NCBI GenBank assembly: GCA_041664605.1
Contig: JBAYKO010000003.1
Coordinates: forward strand, 6,858 to 70,857
DNA: 64,000 nucleotides
From: Minisyncoccota bacterium
Lineage (GTDB): Bacteria; Patescibacteriota; Minisyncoccia; Phycocordibacterales; UBA9973
Direction of reading: 5' to 3'
Below are positions 1 through 8,304 of the stretch, in pieces. The position numbers and the translations under genes are program-made. The notes beneath the pieces are model-generated. The model saw nothing but the letters and a program-made list of their open reading frames with translations. It ran no database searches and was not told the DNA's origin. Numbering within the stretch: position 1 is the stretch's first letter; each line of letters starts with the position of its first letter.

Positions 1-517
1 TACCACTAATACATCTTTGAATTTGTAAAAATCCTAATTTTGAATTAAGAAAAGTTAGTAAAAATAATTTATCTTCGGCTTTTATTTCTTTATTTGTAAA
101 TTTTATACCAATATTATTTTCACTAATATTACACAAATGCCAATCTTCAGGCACAGAAGAAACAATACCAATTGTATTCCCAACCTTAGATAACACTAGA
201 TCAAAAGGTTTAAGTTGAGATTGTTTTAATCTGTTATTATCATCTTCCGAAATATAAGTTAAATTTTCATCGTTAATAAAAAAATCTTCCAAATCACTTA
301 TTCTTAAGAATGGAACACCGGTTTCTAAATATGCCTCACTTTTAAGAGAAGAGCCAAATGGTCCACTAACAATTTTACAGCCAAATTCTTCTAATGTACT
401 ATGTTGTTCGTTTTTTATACCTTGAAGTAACTTAAGATATTCAGGTTGATAGTATTCAGGATCTAATCGGTAAGCTCCTTCAATTTCTGATTTTTTGATT
501 ATGGAATAAGTGGTCAT
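1..517 (-). CDS. hsdS: RM specificity subunit (HsdS / BcgI-B-like), N-terminal part; continues beyond left edge
   Basis: Minus-strand ATG at 517 overlaps the stop of the upstream ORF (ATGA). Translation reads MTTYSIIKKSEIEGAYRLDPEYYQPEY..IVSGPFGSSLKSEAYLETGVPFLRISD..LSKVGNTIG, a canonical HsdS target-recognition-domain start. The ORF track omits it because the stop lies outside the window. Confidence 0.8.
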   Translation of the reverse strand, partial: MTTYSIIKKSEIEGAYRLDPEYYQPEYLKLLQGIKNEQHSTLEEFGCKIVSGPFGSSLKSEAYLETGVPFLRISDLEDFFINDENLTYISEDDNNRLKQSQLKPFDLVLSKVGNTIGIVSSVPEDWHLCNISENNIGIKFTNKEIKAEDKLFLLTFLNSKLGFLQIQRCISG

Positions 518-870
518 ATATAATCATTACCGCGATTATTTCTATTGTTTTCATATTGAGACGTTAGGTGTGCAGATTCAGATTTAGTAATAGTACTAAT
601 ATACACTCCAAACTTAACACGACTAACAGTAGAACTTTTAATTTCTTTGTTAATTTCTCCACCACCTTCAACAAATTGAAGCACTCGAATTCCTGCTTTG
701 CCTCCAGTTTTTGTGGTATCTTCAGCACTAACTGCAATATCAAATTCAACTGTTTGGTTACTATCTTTATGAGATAATAAATGCATATCACGACTAGATT
801 CTTTTCGCGTTTCTTCAACAGCATCAACTACATCTTTTATTACACTTTTCACAAATTCTTTTAATTCCAT
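514..870 (-). CDS. hypothetical 118-aa protein lying between the RM A and S subunits
   Basis: ORF is tightly packed in the operon; its stop overlaps the hsdS start. No motif recognised. Confidence 0.4.
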   Translation of the reverse strand: MELKEFVKSVIKDVVDAVEETRKESSRDMHLLSHKDSNQTVEFDIAVSAEDTTKTGGKAGIRVLQFVEGGGEINKEIKSSTVSRVKFGVYISTITKSESAHLTSQYENNRNNRGNDYI

Positions 871-871
871 A

Positions 872-1363
872 TTATTTATTTAGTCCTAGTTTTAAAATTA
901 AAAATGATCCAAACAATAAGACCACTAATGGAAAAATAATGTATTTAACCCACCATATTTGGTACCAAGCTAGTTTGAAATTAGTATCAATGTTTTTTTG
1001 AAAACTATTTCCTAATGCTTTGGTATTTTCTCCCTCATCTTTTATTCCAATATCAAGATTTTCAAAAGTATTATTAATAAATTTATTATTTTTACCTTGA
1101 TTCAGTATCCCAATTGTTTTTTTATTTTCTATCTTATCTGTTTCAATTTTGTTAATTATTTTTCCACCATTAAAAGCATTCATTGTATTTCCTATCTGCG
1201 TTAAATTCTGTGTTGCGCTATGTTTAATAATTCCACCATCGACATTTTGTTTTGTATTTTGCATAAAAATTTTATCTCCATTAGTAATAATTGAATCCCC
1301 TTTTCTAGGATTCATCTCTATACCTTTATCGCCTATTGAAAAAATTGGTTTTTCTTCTTCCAT
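872..1363 (-). CDS. hypothetical 163-aa N/K/G-rich protein with a C-terminal TM anchor
   Basis: C-terminal hydrophobic helix WYQIWWVKYIIFPLVVLLFGSFLIL. Sits 3 nt after the MTase-nuclease gene. Confidence 0.4.
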   Translation of the reverse strand: MEEEKPIFSIGDKGIEMNPRKGDSIITNGDKIFMQNTKQNVDGGIIKHSATQNLTQIGNTMNAFNGGKIINKIETDKIENKKTIGILNQGKNNKFINNTFENLDIGIKDEGENTKALGNSFQKNIDTNFKLAWYQIWWVKYIIFPLVVLLFGSFLILKLGLNK

Positions 1364-1366
1364 ATT

Positions 1367-3316
1367 TTAAAATTTAATTTTTTCTTTACTAATAAATTTC
1401 ACAAATTCTTCCGCGATATCGTCCAAATCGTGGTCAATTATTTTCTTGCCTTTTAAGTCATACATAACATTCCCATCTTTGTCTTTCCTGTAAATATAAT
1501 CCCCCGAATTATCTTTCCCGCCCTTTTTCGAAACTGCCATAAATATCGGATAATCTTCTAGTGGTTTTTCATTTTCTTCCCATTTTTGTAAAAACAAAAC
1601 GCTAGTTTTAACTCCAGTATGCGGTTTAAAAGTATTTCCATGAAGCCCAACCACTGACAAAATTCGTGCTTTATCAAAAAGAAATCTGCGAACATATTCG
1701 GCATTTGTATTGTTAAAAATTCCTTGAGGTAAAACTATTGCCATGCGTCCGCCCGGTTTTAGGAAACTCAAATTTCTTTCAATAAATAAAATATCACGAG
1801 TTACTTTGTTTTGATGTTTATTGGTTTTGTGAAAATCTTTGTCCCATTTAAAACCTAAATCATATTTGTTTAAAAGTGTGCCTTTTATTTCTCCGGCAAA
1901 AGGCGGATTGGTAAGAACGATATCAAAATTGAAATCATTCATTTTTTCTTGATTTCTTCTGTTTTCTTCGCCATCTTTTGGATGAGCTAAAAATTGCCTG
2001 AATCTATTTCTTGCATCTTCATTCCAAACTTCTGAATCTAAGGAGTTGGCGTAAGTGACATTGGTTTTTCCATCGCCAGCGATCAACATCATAGCTTTAC
2101 CGATTTTTACAGAACGAGGATCAAAATCTATACCAAAAAGATGTTTTTCGGCATATTCTTTTTGTTTCATTTTATATTCATTACCATATTTTTTCTCATT
2201 TATTTCATTTTCCCAAACATACTGCATCGCATGAAGTAAAAATCCGCAACTGCCTGAAGCGGTGTCAATAATCATATCTTTAGGACTTGGAGCAAGCATC
2301 TTTACTGCCATATCAATAACTGGTCTCGGAGTAAAATATTGTCCTTTTTGCCCTTTTGACTCTTGAACAATAAGATATTCAAAGGCTTCGTCTATAATCT
2401 GTAAATTTGAACCAAAAAGACGATATTTTTGCAAAAGAGAAACTGCTGGAATAATTACATTTTCTGGAATTTCTATTTCTTCATTTGGCTTAAAAACATC
2501 TCTCCATTCTTTTCTGGCTTCTTCAAAAAGACGTGAGATATTATTTAGATTTTCTTTATTTGTTTCCCCTGCTATTACTCGAAAACGTCTGTTTTCATTT
2601 CTTGGAGTTTCTAGTTCGTCATACAATTTCGCATAAATAAGTTTAAAAATTTCTTCAAAAGAATTCACCCCACTATTTGCCAGAACAACTTCTTCTAAGT
2701 CAGAAATAAGCTGTTTTAAATCAACAACTGTTTCTAAGTCATTATAAGTAAGTTTTTTAGAACGAACATCATCAACAGTTTCATTAAATTTTGGAATATC
2801 CGGTAAATCTTCAAAAAGATTCGGGTCTGTACGTAAAATATTATTTTGAATTTTTCCATCGGTCAAAACTAAAATCGGAGCACCTGTGGCATTAGCATAA
2901 CTTTTTAATTGACCAAGTCCATCTTTCACATCTGGCTTTTTGACTTCAACAATTAAGTAAGGAGTTTGCATATCTTCTCGGTAAATAACAATATCAGCTC
3001 TTTTAGCACTGATCTCACGACCAAATTGAACGTGAACTTCTACATCCATTCTATTTAAAGGATATTTGTAATGGTTTTTTAATTTGTAAATCATAAGCTG
3101 GCGGACTATTTCTTCTGGCTTACTTAGATTTTTTTCTTCATTAAAAATTAAAATATCTTTGTCTCTTTTTAAACATTTAACATAAAACTTACCTTTTTCT
3201 TTTTCAAAAATGTCTAGCACTTCATTTATATCTACATCATGAAAAACAGATAGACCAAAAATTGCATCTTGATTTTTAAAAACTTTATTTATTATTTTGT
3301 TAGTTGTTTCTTTCAT
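1367..3316 (-). CDS. restriction-modification fusion protein: N-terminal PD-(D/E)xK nuclease (HsdR-N-like) + gamma-class N6-adenine DNA methyltransferase (BcgI-A-like architecture)
   Basis: N-terminal motif ADIVIY..PYLIVEVKKPD (D..EVK). C-terminal half has the NPPF catalytic motif (TNPPFAGE) and AdoMet-binding region (IIDTASGSCGFL). Length of 649 aa is close to BcgIA. Confidence 0.75.
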   Translation of the reverse strand: MKETTNKIINKVFKNQDAIFGLSVFHDVDINEVLDIFEKEKGKFYVKCLKRDKDILIFNEEKNLSKPEEIVRQLMIYKLKNHYKYPLNRMDVEVHVQFGREISAKRADIVIYREDMQTPYLIVEVKKPDVKDGLGQLKSYANATGAPILVLTDGKIQNNILRTDPNLFEDLPDIPKFNETVDDVRSKKLTYNDLETVVDLKQLISDLEEVVLANSGVNSFEEIFKLIYAKLYDELETPRNENRRFRVIAGETNKENLNNISRLFEEARKEWRDVFKPNEEIEIPENVIIPAVSLLQKYRLFGSNLQIIDEAFEYLIVQESKGQKGQYFTPRPVIDMAVKMLAPSPKDMIIDTASGSCGFLLHAMQYVWENEINEKKYGNEYKMKQKEYAEKHLFGIDFDPRSVKIGKAMMLIAGDGKTNVTYANSLDSEVWNEDARNRFRQFLAHPKDGEENRRNQEKMNDFNFDIVLTNPPFAGEIKGTLLNKYDLGFKWDKDFHKTNKHQNKVTRDILFIERNLSFLKPGGRMAIVLPQGIFNNTNAEYVRRFLFDKARILSVVGLHGNTFKPHTGVKTSVLFLQKWEENEKPLEDYPIFMAVSKKGGKDNSGDYIYRKDKDGNVMYDLKGKKIIDHDLDDIAEEFVKFISKEKIKF

Positions 3317-3952
3317 TTAATTTATTGTGCTTAAATTTAATATAACCTTTCCTTCGAAAACTATTTCTTCGGGAATTATTTTAATAATGTCATAGTTTGG
3401 GTTTTCCGGCTTTAAAAAAATTTTTGAACCTTCGACCATAAATCTTTTAACAGTTGTGCCGTCAGAATTCCTAGCCACAACAATATCTCCATTTTTAAAC
3501 GATTTACTTTTTTGAATTAAAAGTTTATCGCCATCATTTATGTTGGCATTAATCATTGAATCTCCATGAACTTGAACAATAAAAACATCTTCTGCTCTTT
3601 TTATTTTTTCTTCTGGAATAATTCCAGTTGGAACTTCCATCCATTTAAATTCAACATCTTGAAATGATTCTGTAAAAGGACCAGCCGAAGAAATCCCAAC
3701 CATTGGAAACATTTGTTTGCCTAAAATTTTAAAACCAAGTGGAGTTATTTTAATACTTCTAGCTGAACCCTCGCTTCTTTTGAGAGTTTGTGATTTTTCT
3801 AATTTTCCTAAAAGATCAATAATTGATTGATTGGAAGCAACTTTCAAATTTTCTCTCATTTCTTCAAAACTAGGTGGAAAGCCCGTGTTTTTAATAAAAT
3901 CATAAATAATTTGGAGAAGTTCTTTTTGCCTTGTGGTTATAGATAATTTCAT
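3317..3952 (-). CDS. lexA: LexA-family repressor (wHTH + S24 peptidase)
   Basis: N-terminal LexA DNA-binding fold (TRQKELLQIIYDFIKNTGFPPSFEEM..LEKSQTLKR). AG cleavage site (SSAGPF). Ser in GDSM and Lys in VKRF form the dyad. Stop abuts the downstream RM gene start (3316/3317). Confidence 0.8.
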   Translation of the reverse strand: MKLSITTRQKELLQIIYDFIKNTGFPPSFEEMRENLKVASNQSIIDLLGKLEKSQTLKRSEGSARSIKITPLGFKILGKQMFPMVGISSAGPFTESFQDVEFKWMEVPTGIIPEEKIKRAEDVFIVQVHGDSMINANINDGDKLLIQKSKSFKNGDIVVARNSDGTTVKRFMVEGSKIFLKPENPNYDIIKIIPEEIVFEGKVILNLSTIN

Positions 3953-3960
3953 ACATTATC

Positions 3961-3998
3961 ATTATACCCGACCATATAGTCAGTTTGCAAACAAAACT
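3961..3998 (-). promoter_or_regulatory. putative lexA promoter (-10 TATAAT, -35 TTGCAA) with a 10-bp perfect palindrome GTTTGCAAAC overlapping the -35
   Basis: Minus-strand reading gives ..ttGTTTGCAAACtgactatatggtcgggTATAATgataatgtATG. The palindrome sits at 3983-3992. Confidence 0.4.
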
Positions 3999-4064
3999 GT
4001 GGAAAACCCAATAATTGTGTGTATCACAAGTTACTAAACTAAATAGCTTTTTGGTAAGTAGTCT

Positions 4065-4090
4065 AAAAACCACCCTTAAGGGTGGTTTTT
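4065..4090. terminator. bidirectional rho-independent terminator hairpin (AAAAACCACCC-ttaa-GGGTGGTTTTT)
   Basis: 11-bp stem with A/T runs on both sides. Lies between lexA upstream region and the 3' end of the SWIB gene. Confidence 0.6.
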
Positions 4091-4113
4091 AGACTAAATC
4101 TATGTTTTTAAAT

Positions 4114-4377
4114 TTATGAAAGATGTTTTGAAACAAGTTTTGTCATTTCAAACATATCTACTACTGACTTACCACCAAAAACTTTTTTTAAGTTTTCGTC
4201 AGCAACTATATTTCTCTTATTTTTAGGGTCTTGAAGATTATGCTTCTTGATATATACCCAAAGAGCCTTGACCACCTCGGAACGAGGCATTGGACCCTTA
4301 CCCACAACTGCTGATAAATCAGCACTAATCGTTAAAGGCTTCATAAAACCAGAGTTTGCTTTTTTTGTTGTTACCAT
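4114..4377 (-). CDS. SWIB/MDM2 domain protein
   Basis: 87 aa; LTISADLSAVVGKGPMPRSEVVKALWVYIKKHNLQDPKNKRNI matches the SWIB fold signature. Confidence 0.75.
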   Translation of the reverse strand: MVTTKKANSGFMKPLTISADLSAVVGKGPMPRSEVVKALWVYIKKHNLQDPKNKRNIVADENLKKVFGGKSVVDMFEMTKLVSKHLS

Positions 4378-4515
4378 AAAATAAAATTAGTTTCTAGTAA
4401 CTAGGTTCTCCCGCCTTTGGACGGGACAGGTAGTTTCTAGTGAAAAGAAACTTTTATAATAATATTAATAATTTATAATTACTATTATACTACAAAAACA
4501 AAGTTATATACAGAA

Positions 4516-4543
4516 GGGGGGCGGAGGCAACGCCTCCGCCCCC
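4516..4543. repeat. GC-rich hairpin GGGGGGCGGAGGC-aac-GCCTCCGCCCCC + T-run; left copy of an inverted repeat flanking fic
   Basis: 13-bp G/C stem in an AT-rich context. Exact reverse complement (including the ttctgt flank) of the copy at 5808-5842. Confidence 0.7.
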
Positions 4544-4585
4544 ATTTTTTTATTTAAGCATTTGGGTTACTTTTGTGGGCATAAA

Positions 4586-5650
4586 TTATATTTTCTTATA
4601 CCTTGTAGCACGGCCTTGCCCAATACGCTTAATTTTGTTTAAGCGGAGTAATTTTTCTATTGATTGATTGACAGTAGGACGACCAACGTCAGTATATTTT
4701 ACAATATCCCCAGCACTAGCATCTTCCACACTTCCGATATAATTCCAAACTTCCAATTGTTTCTGAGATAAAATATCCTCTAAATGTTCAGTCTCAAGAA
4801 GTGCAATAGCTCTTATACTTTGTTCCTCAACAACACTCAAAAAGAATAGAAGCCATGCTTCGATTGATTGATTTTTTGTTTTAAATGTCCCCTGACTTTG
4901 ACGTAAGGTAGTGTAATATTCTTCTTTTCGTTTTTCAATAATTTGTTCATGCGAAACATACGGCATATATAAATAGCCAGCACGAAGTAAGAGAATATTT
5001 GTCAAAATACGAGAAAGACGACCATTTCCATCTTTAAATGGATGAATTTTTAAAAATTCTACTAAAAAATTACCAATGACAAGTAAGGGGTGTATTTCTT
5101 TCTTTTCTAATTCAGAATATGTCCATTCAACAATTTCAGTCATTTCTTTTTGAGTAAGCCAAGCTTGTGTAGTTTCAAAAATAATCTGCCCTATTTCTCC
5201 ATTTTCTTTTTGAATCGCAACAGCATTTTCTTCTTGTTTGTATTTACCAGAATGTAATTTGTCTTTTTCTGAATACTTCAACATTGCTTTATGTAAGTGT
5301 TGTATTACACCTTCACGAAGTGGTAACGTTTCAAAACTATCAAAAATATTTGATAGTAATTCAAGATACCCTTTCACTTCTTGTACATCTCTATCTCGAA
5401 ATTTTGTTGTTGAGAGACCACGCATAACTCTTTCTACTTCTTCATCCGACAATTGTGAGCCTTCTATACGAGTAGAAGCCCCTGAGGAAGTGATAAGTAC
5501 TGAATGATGAAGAGTTGTTAGAATAGACGGGGTAAGTTTACTTCCAAAACTCCATTTACCTTTAATCTCATCTATACGAGCAATAAACTCCCAAACTTTT
5601 CCGTCGAGTTTTATTAAACGCTTATTAAATTGGTTGTTATTTTTATCCAT
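4586..5650 (-). CDS. fic: Fic-family (FIC domain) protein, class II with N-terminal inhibitory motif and C-terminal wHTH
   Basis: Canonical Fic motif HPFKDGNGRLSR. Inhibitory helix motif STRIEG ((S/T)xxxE(G/N)) near the N-terminus. Confidence 0.85.
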   Translation of the reverse strand: MDKNNNQFNKRLIKLDGKVWEFIARIDEIKGKWSFGSKLTPSILTTLHHSVLITSSGASTRIEGSQLSDEEVERVMRGLSTTKFRDRDVQEVKGYLELLSNIFDSFETLPLREGVIQHLHKAMLKYSEKDKLHSGKYKQEENAVAIQKENGEIGQIIFETTQAWLTQKEMTEIVEWTYSELEKKEIHPLLVIGNFLVEFLKIHPFKDGNGRLSRILTNILLLRAGYLYMPYVSHEQIIEKRKEEYYTTLRQSQGTFKTKNQSIEAWLLFFLSVVEEQSIRAIALLETEHLEDILSQKQLEVWNYIGSVEDASAGDIVKYTDVGRPTVNQSIEKLLRLNKIKRIGQGRATRYKKI

Positions 5651-5807
5651 AATCTTATATATTTGATATATTAGATTATATATGATTATATTAGAAAATG
5701 CAAGTTTAGCGTGAATTTTGACTATTTTTAGCCAAAATTCACGCTATTTTATAATATTTTCTTCAAATTATCCTTTATTTTCTTCTCTAATTTGGCAGAC
5801 TCATTAA

Positions 5808-5842
5808 GGGGGGCGGAGGCGTTGCCTCCGCCCCCCTTTCTG
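5808..5842. repeat. GC-rich hairpin GGGGGGCGGAGGC-gtt-GCCTCCGCCCCCC-tttctgt; right (inverted) copy of the fic-flanking repeat
   Basis: Reverse complement of 4510-4543 including the loop (aac/gtt) and flank (acagaa/ttctgt). Confidence 0.7.
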
Positions 5843-5900
5843 TGCCTTCCACAAGCTAAAAATCTCCCGAAGGGGAGATTTTCTTGTATTTTGTGGTCAC
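5840..5900. repeat. ~60-nt structured repeat copy A (CCACAA..hairpin AAAATCTCCCgaagGGGAGATTTT..TTGTGG)
   Basis: About 80% identical to the copy at 5979-6038. Each copy is a nested hairpin. Confidence 0.55.
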
Positions 5901-5978
5901 GAATATTTTTTTGTCGTCACAAAAAAATTTCTCGACCCCGGCTCGGCTTTTTGTCTACTGACAAAATATGCCTGTGCC

Positions 5979-6038
5979 TTCCACAAACTAAAAAATCCCC
6001 AGCAGTGGGGATTTTTTTACGTTTGTGGACCTTATTGG
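5979..6038. repeat. ~60-nt structured repeat copy B (CCACAA..hairpin AAAATCCCCagcagtGGGGATTTT..TTGTGG)
   Basis: Direct repeat of 5840-5900. Confidence 0.55.
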
Positions 6039-6244
6039 ATTAAACTGGAACCAAGTAGTTGCCGAATTGTATCAATGGCACCTAGTAATGGAGGCAGTTA
6101 AGCCATATAAAGCACTTTAAAAGGTTTGATAATAGTAACTATCGCTATATGGTTCCCTTATCGTGTCACTGGGAGCTTACATTGATCGTTACCGGCTATT
6201 ATAGACCTTATATGCAGAATGAGCTAGTAATGTACAATACTCCG

Positions 6245-6403
6245 CTAAGCATAATTTATTTTATTCTGGAATTTCCAGACTGCATTCATATAAGTAACAA
6301 GTGCCGTAAGCTCGTCTCGGGCACGGGCTTTGTCTACTGGATGGCCGAATTCTTCTAGATATACAGCCATATATTTTTCTATCTGTTCTTCACTTATTTG
6401 CAT
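6245..6403 (-). CDS. possible small ORF (52 aa), hypothetical
   Basis: ATG at 6403, stop at 6245. Sits at the start of the GC-elevated island. Below the ORF-track length cutoff, so weakly supported. Confidence 0.25.
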   Translation of the reverse strand: MQISEEQIEKYMAVYLEEFGHPVDKARARDELTALVTYMNAVWKFQNKINYA

Positions 6404-7112
6404 ATTCTATAAAAGACGGGAGTGTTTTATATTTTCCAAAGTTTTCACCAGTATTTGCATTAGTACCGGAAAGATACATACTAGTAATTGTATTAAAAAC
6501 TTCAAAAACATCATCAGAATCTTCGAAGTTTCCGCCAAAATTTGCACCAGGTTGCATATCGGTAACAAACATACATGCATCCCAAGGATTTTTACCTAAA
6601 AGTCCAGCAGCTGCCCAAGAATAAATTAATTCTGATAACATCTCATACCAGATATAATAACGCTCTATTTTTTCAAGATCAGAATCGCTTCCACTAATAG
6701 CACTTTCTATCATTTTAGAGTAATTTGAAAAGCGTATGTCTGTATTGTATTTATTTGTTGTTGATCTAATAGGGATGTTTTCAAGTAATAAAGCGTCTAA
6801 ATCAGGGAGTATTTTTTCTACTTGTATTTTTCTCTTTATCTCAACTAACCAATTGAACGCTATATTATAATCAGAAAATCCACTACTATCATATTTTATC
6901 CCTAATTTAAAATCCTCTTTACCTTGTAAAGTAAAAGAATTCAAGATAAATGGCCAGGATGCTTGTAGCGTATATAAATCATAAAACATATTTCTGACTA
7001 CCTTGCTGGAATATTCTTCTCTAGAATACTTTTTACGCCACTCCAAAAGAACGCTGTATAGTTTAGATAAAATTTCATCTTGCAATAATAAGGTTTCATT
7101 TTTATTTTCCAT
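6390..7112 (-). CDS. hypothetical protein (240 aa)
   Basis: Long ORF with no recognised motif; lies inside the higher-GC island. Confidence 0.5.
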   Translation of the reverse strand: MENKNETLLLQDEILSKLYSVLLEWRKKYSREEYSSKVVRNMFYDLYTLQASWPFILNSFTLQGKEDFKLGIKYDSSGFSDYNIAFNWLVEIKRKIQVEKILPDLDALLLENIPIRSTTNKYNTDIRFSNYSKMIESAISGSDSDLEKIERYYIWYEMLSELIYSWAAAGLLGKNPWDACMFVTDMQPGANFGGNFEDSDDVFEVFNTITSMYLSGTNANTGENFGKYKTLPSFIEYANK

Positions 7113-7120
7113 ATAAGATA

Positions 7121-8023
7121 TTATTTATTACTTCTTACAAGCAGGGCTCGAATACCTACTAATGTTCGTTCCGGTATAATAAAGGAACCGAGAAAGCTAC
7201 TTTTATCCTGATTGTCGTCTATATATCCTCCTCCTGAGACCATCCTCCCGCTCAGTCCTTGCCGGCTGATCATTCTTTCTACTATCTTTTCCGCCCCTTG
7301 ATTTGGAGTAGCAACGCCAACATAGTTCTGCGTTGAAAATCCTATCAATTTGTAAGCTGACAGGTTTTTCAAAAAAGTGTTGTATTCTATTTTGAATTTC
7401 CTCACATCATCACTTTCGCTAGCATTGCCAAATCCGATAAGATATGAGGGGTCATACATTACCCATCGGTACTTGGACGAGTTTTCTGCTAGAGCACAGA
7501 TATTGCCTGTATTTTCATATAGAGTGTTCGTTTTAGTGGTAAAGTCTGTTCTTAAATCATTAAGCACTTTCTTTTCTCCTAAGCCATTTAGTGTTTTAGC
7601 TGTGGCACAAAATGTCTTAAAAGACACTAATGTAGGGCTGGCTAGGAATGTGTCTATGGTTGCGATTGATTGACTATAGTCAGCTTTAGGGAATCCACCA
7701 GGTTGTCTACCAATAGAAGTCTCTTGGGATAGAGAGATACTAAAATCAACTAGTGGATTAAAAACAGGAGAAGGATTACCAGTGACAGAAGCAGGTTTAT
7801 TTTGACCCTCTGATTTTTCCTTTAATTCTATAACCTGTTTTTTCAGATCTTTGATTTCTTTATCGTTCGTAGCTGTAGGGACAGGAGTAGAGATTTGAAC
7901 TGTCGGTGTCTCTACCGCCTTTTTATGAAACCACGAAAATGGGTTCCACCATGAGGCTAGGGCAACAGATGGGATGATTAGAAAACTCAAAACAATTATT
8001 ATTGGAAGTTGTATTTTTTTCAT
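7121..8023 (-). CDS. hypothetical secreted protein (signal peptide)
   Basis: N-terminus MKKIQLPIIIVLSFLIIPSVALASWW is typical of a Sec signal peptide. Confidence 0.55.
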   Translation of the reverse strand: MKKIQLPIIIVLSFLIIPSVALASWWNPFSWFHKKAVETPTVQISTPVPTATNDKEIKDLKKQVIELKEKSEGQNKPASVTGNPSPVFNPLVDFSISLSQETSIGRQPGGFPKADYSQSIATIDTFLASPTLVSFKTFCATAKTLNGLGEKKVLNDLRTDFTTKTNTLYENTGNICALAENSSKYRWVMYDPSYLIGFGNASESDDVRKFKIEYNTFLKNLSAYKLIGFSTQNYVGVATPNQGAEKIVERMISRQGLSGRMVSGGGYIDDNQDKSSFLGSFIIPERTLVGIRALLVRSNK

Positions 8024-8262
8024 GGTGATATCTTCTGTTGATCAGTGATAAGTCCCATGAGTAGGCAACAAAAAACCCGCAACATAGGTAGAGACCGAAA
8101 TCTCTCGTGCAGTTTCCCACACGGCGTATAAGGCGACCCTATATTACGGGGTTGTTTATGCCTTATACGACTCACTTTCACCATGTCGGCACAAGACCGA
8201 TTTAGGCTACTGCTTTTATTAACTTGTATGATTATATTACCAAATAAGGACCAAAATAAAAA

Positions 8263-8299
8263 GGGGTTAGTAATTACCGTAATGGTAACCACTAACCCC
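8263..8299 (-). terminator. rho-independent terminator hairpin (GGGGTTAGT..ACTAACCCC) followed by a T-run on the minus strand
   Basis: 9-bp outer stem with an inner ttacc/ggtaa stem. Immediately downstream of the 8305-8538 ORF. Confidence 0.6.
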
Positions 8300-8304
8300 T
8301 TCTA

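Noticed and set aside
5792-6043. 83-aa plus-strand ORF
   Set aside because: It exactly spans the cluster of GC-rich hairpins and direct repeats. The translation is low-complexity (PPPPFLCLP..). It is a repeat artefact, not a gene.
7923-8292. 65-aa and 90-aa minus-strand ORFs
   Set aside because: They overlap the 5' end of the secreted-protein gene and the terminator hairpin. There is no coding signal.
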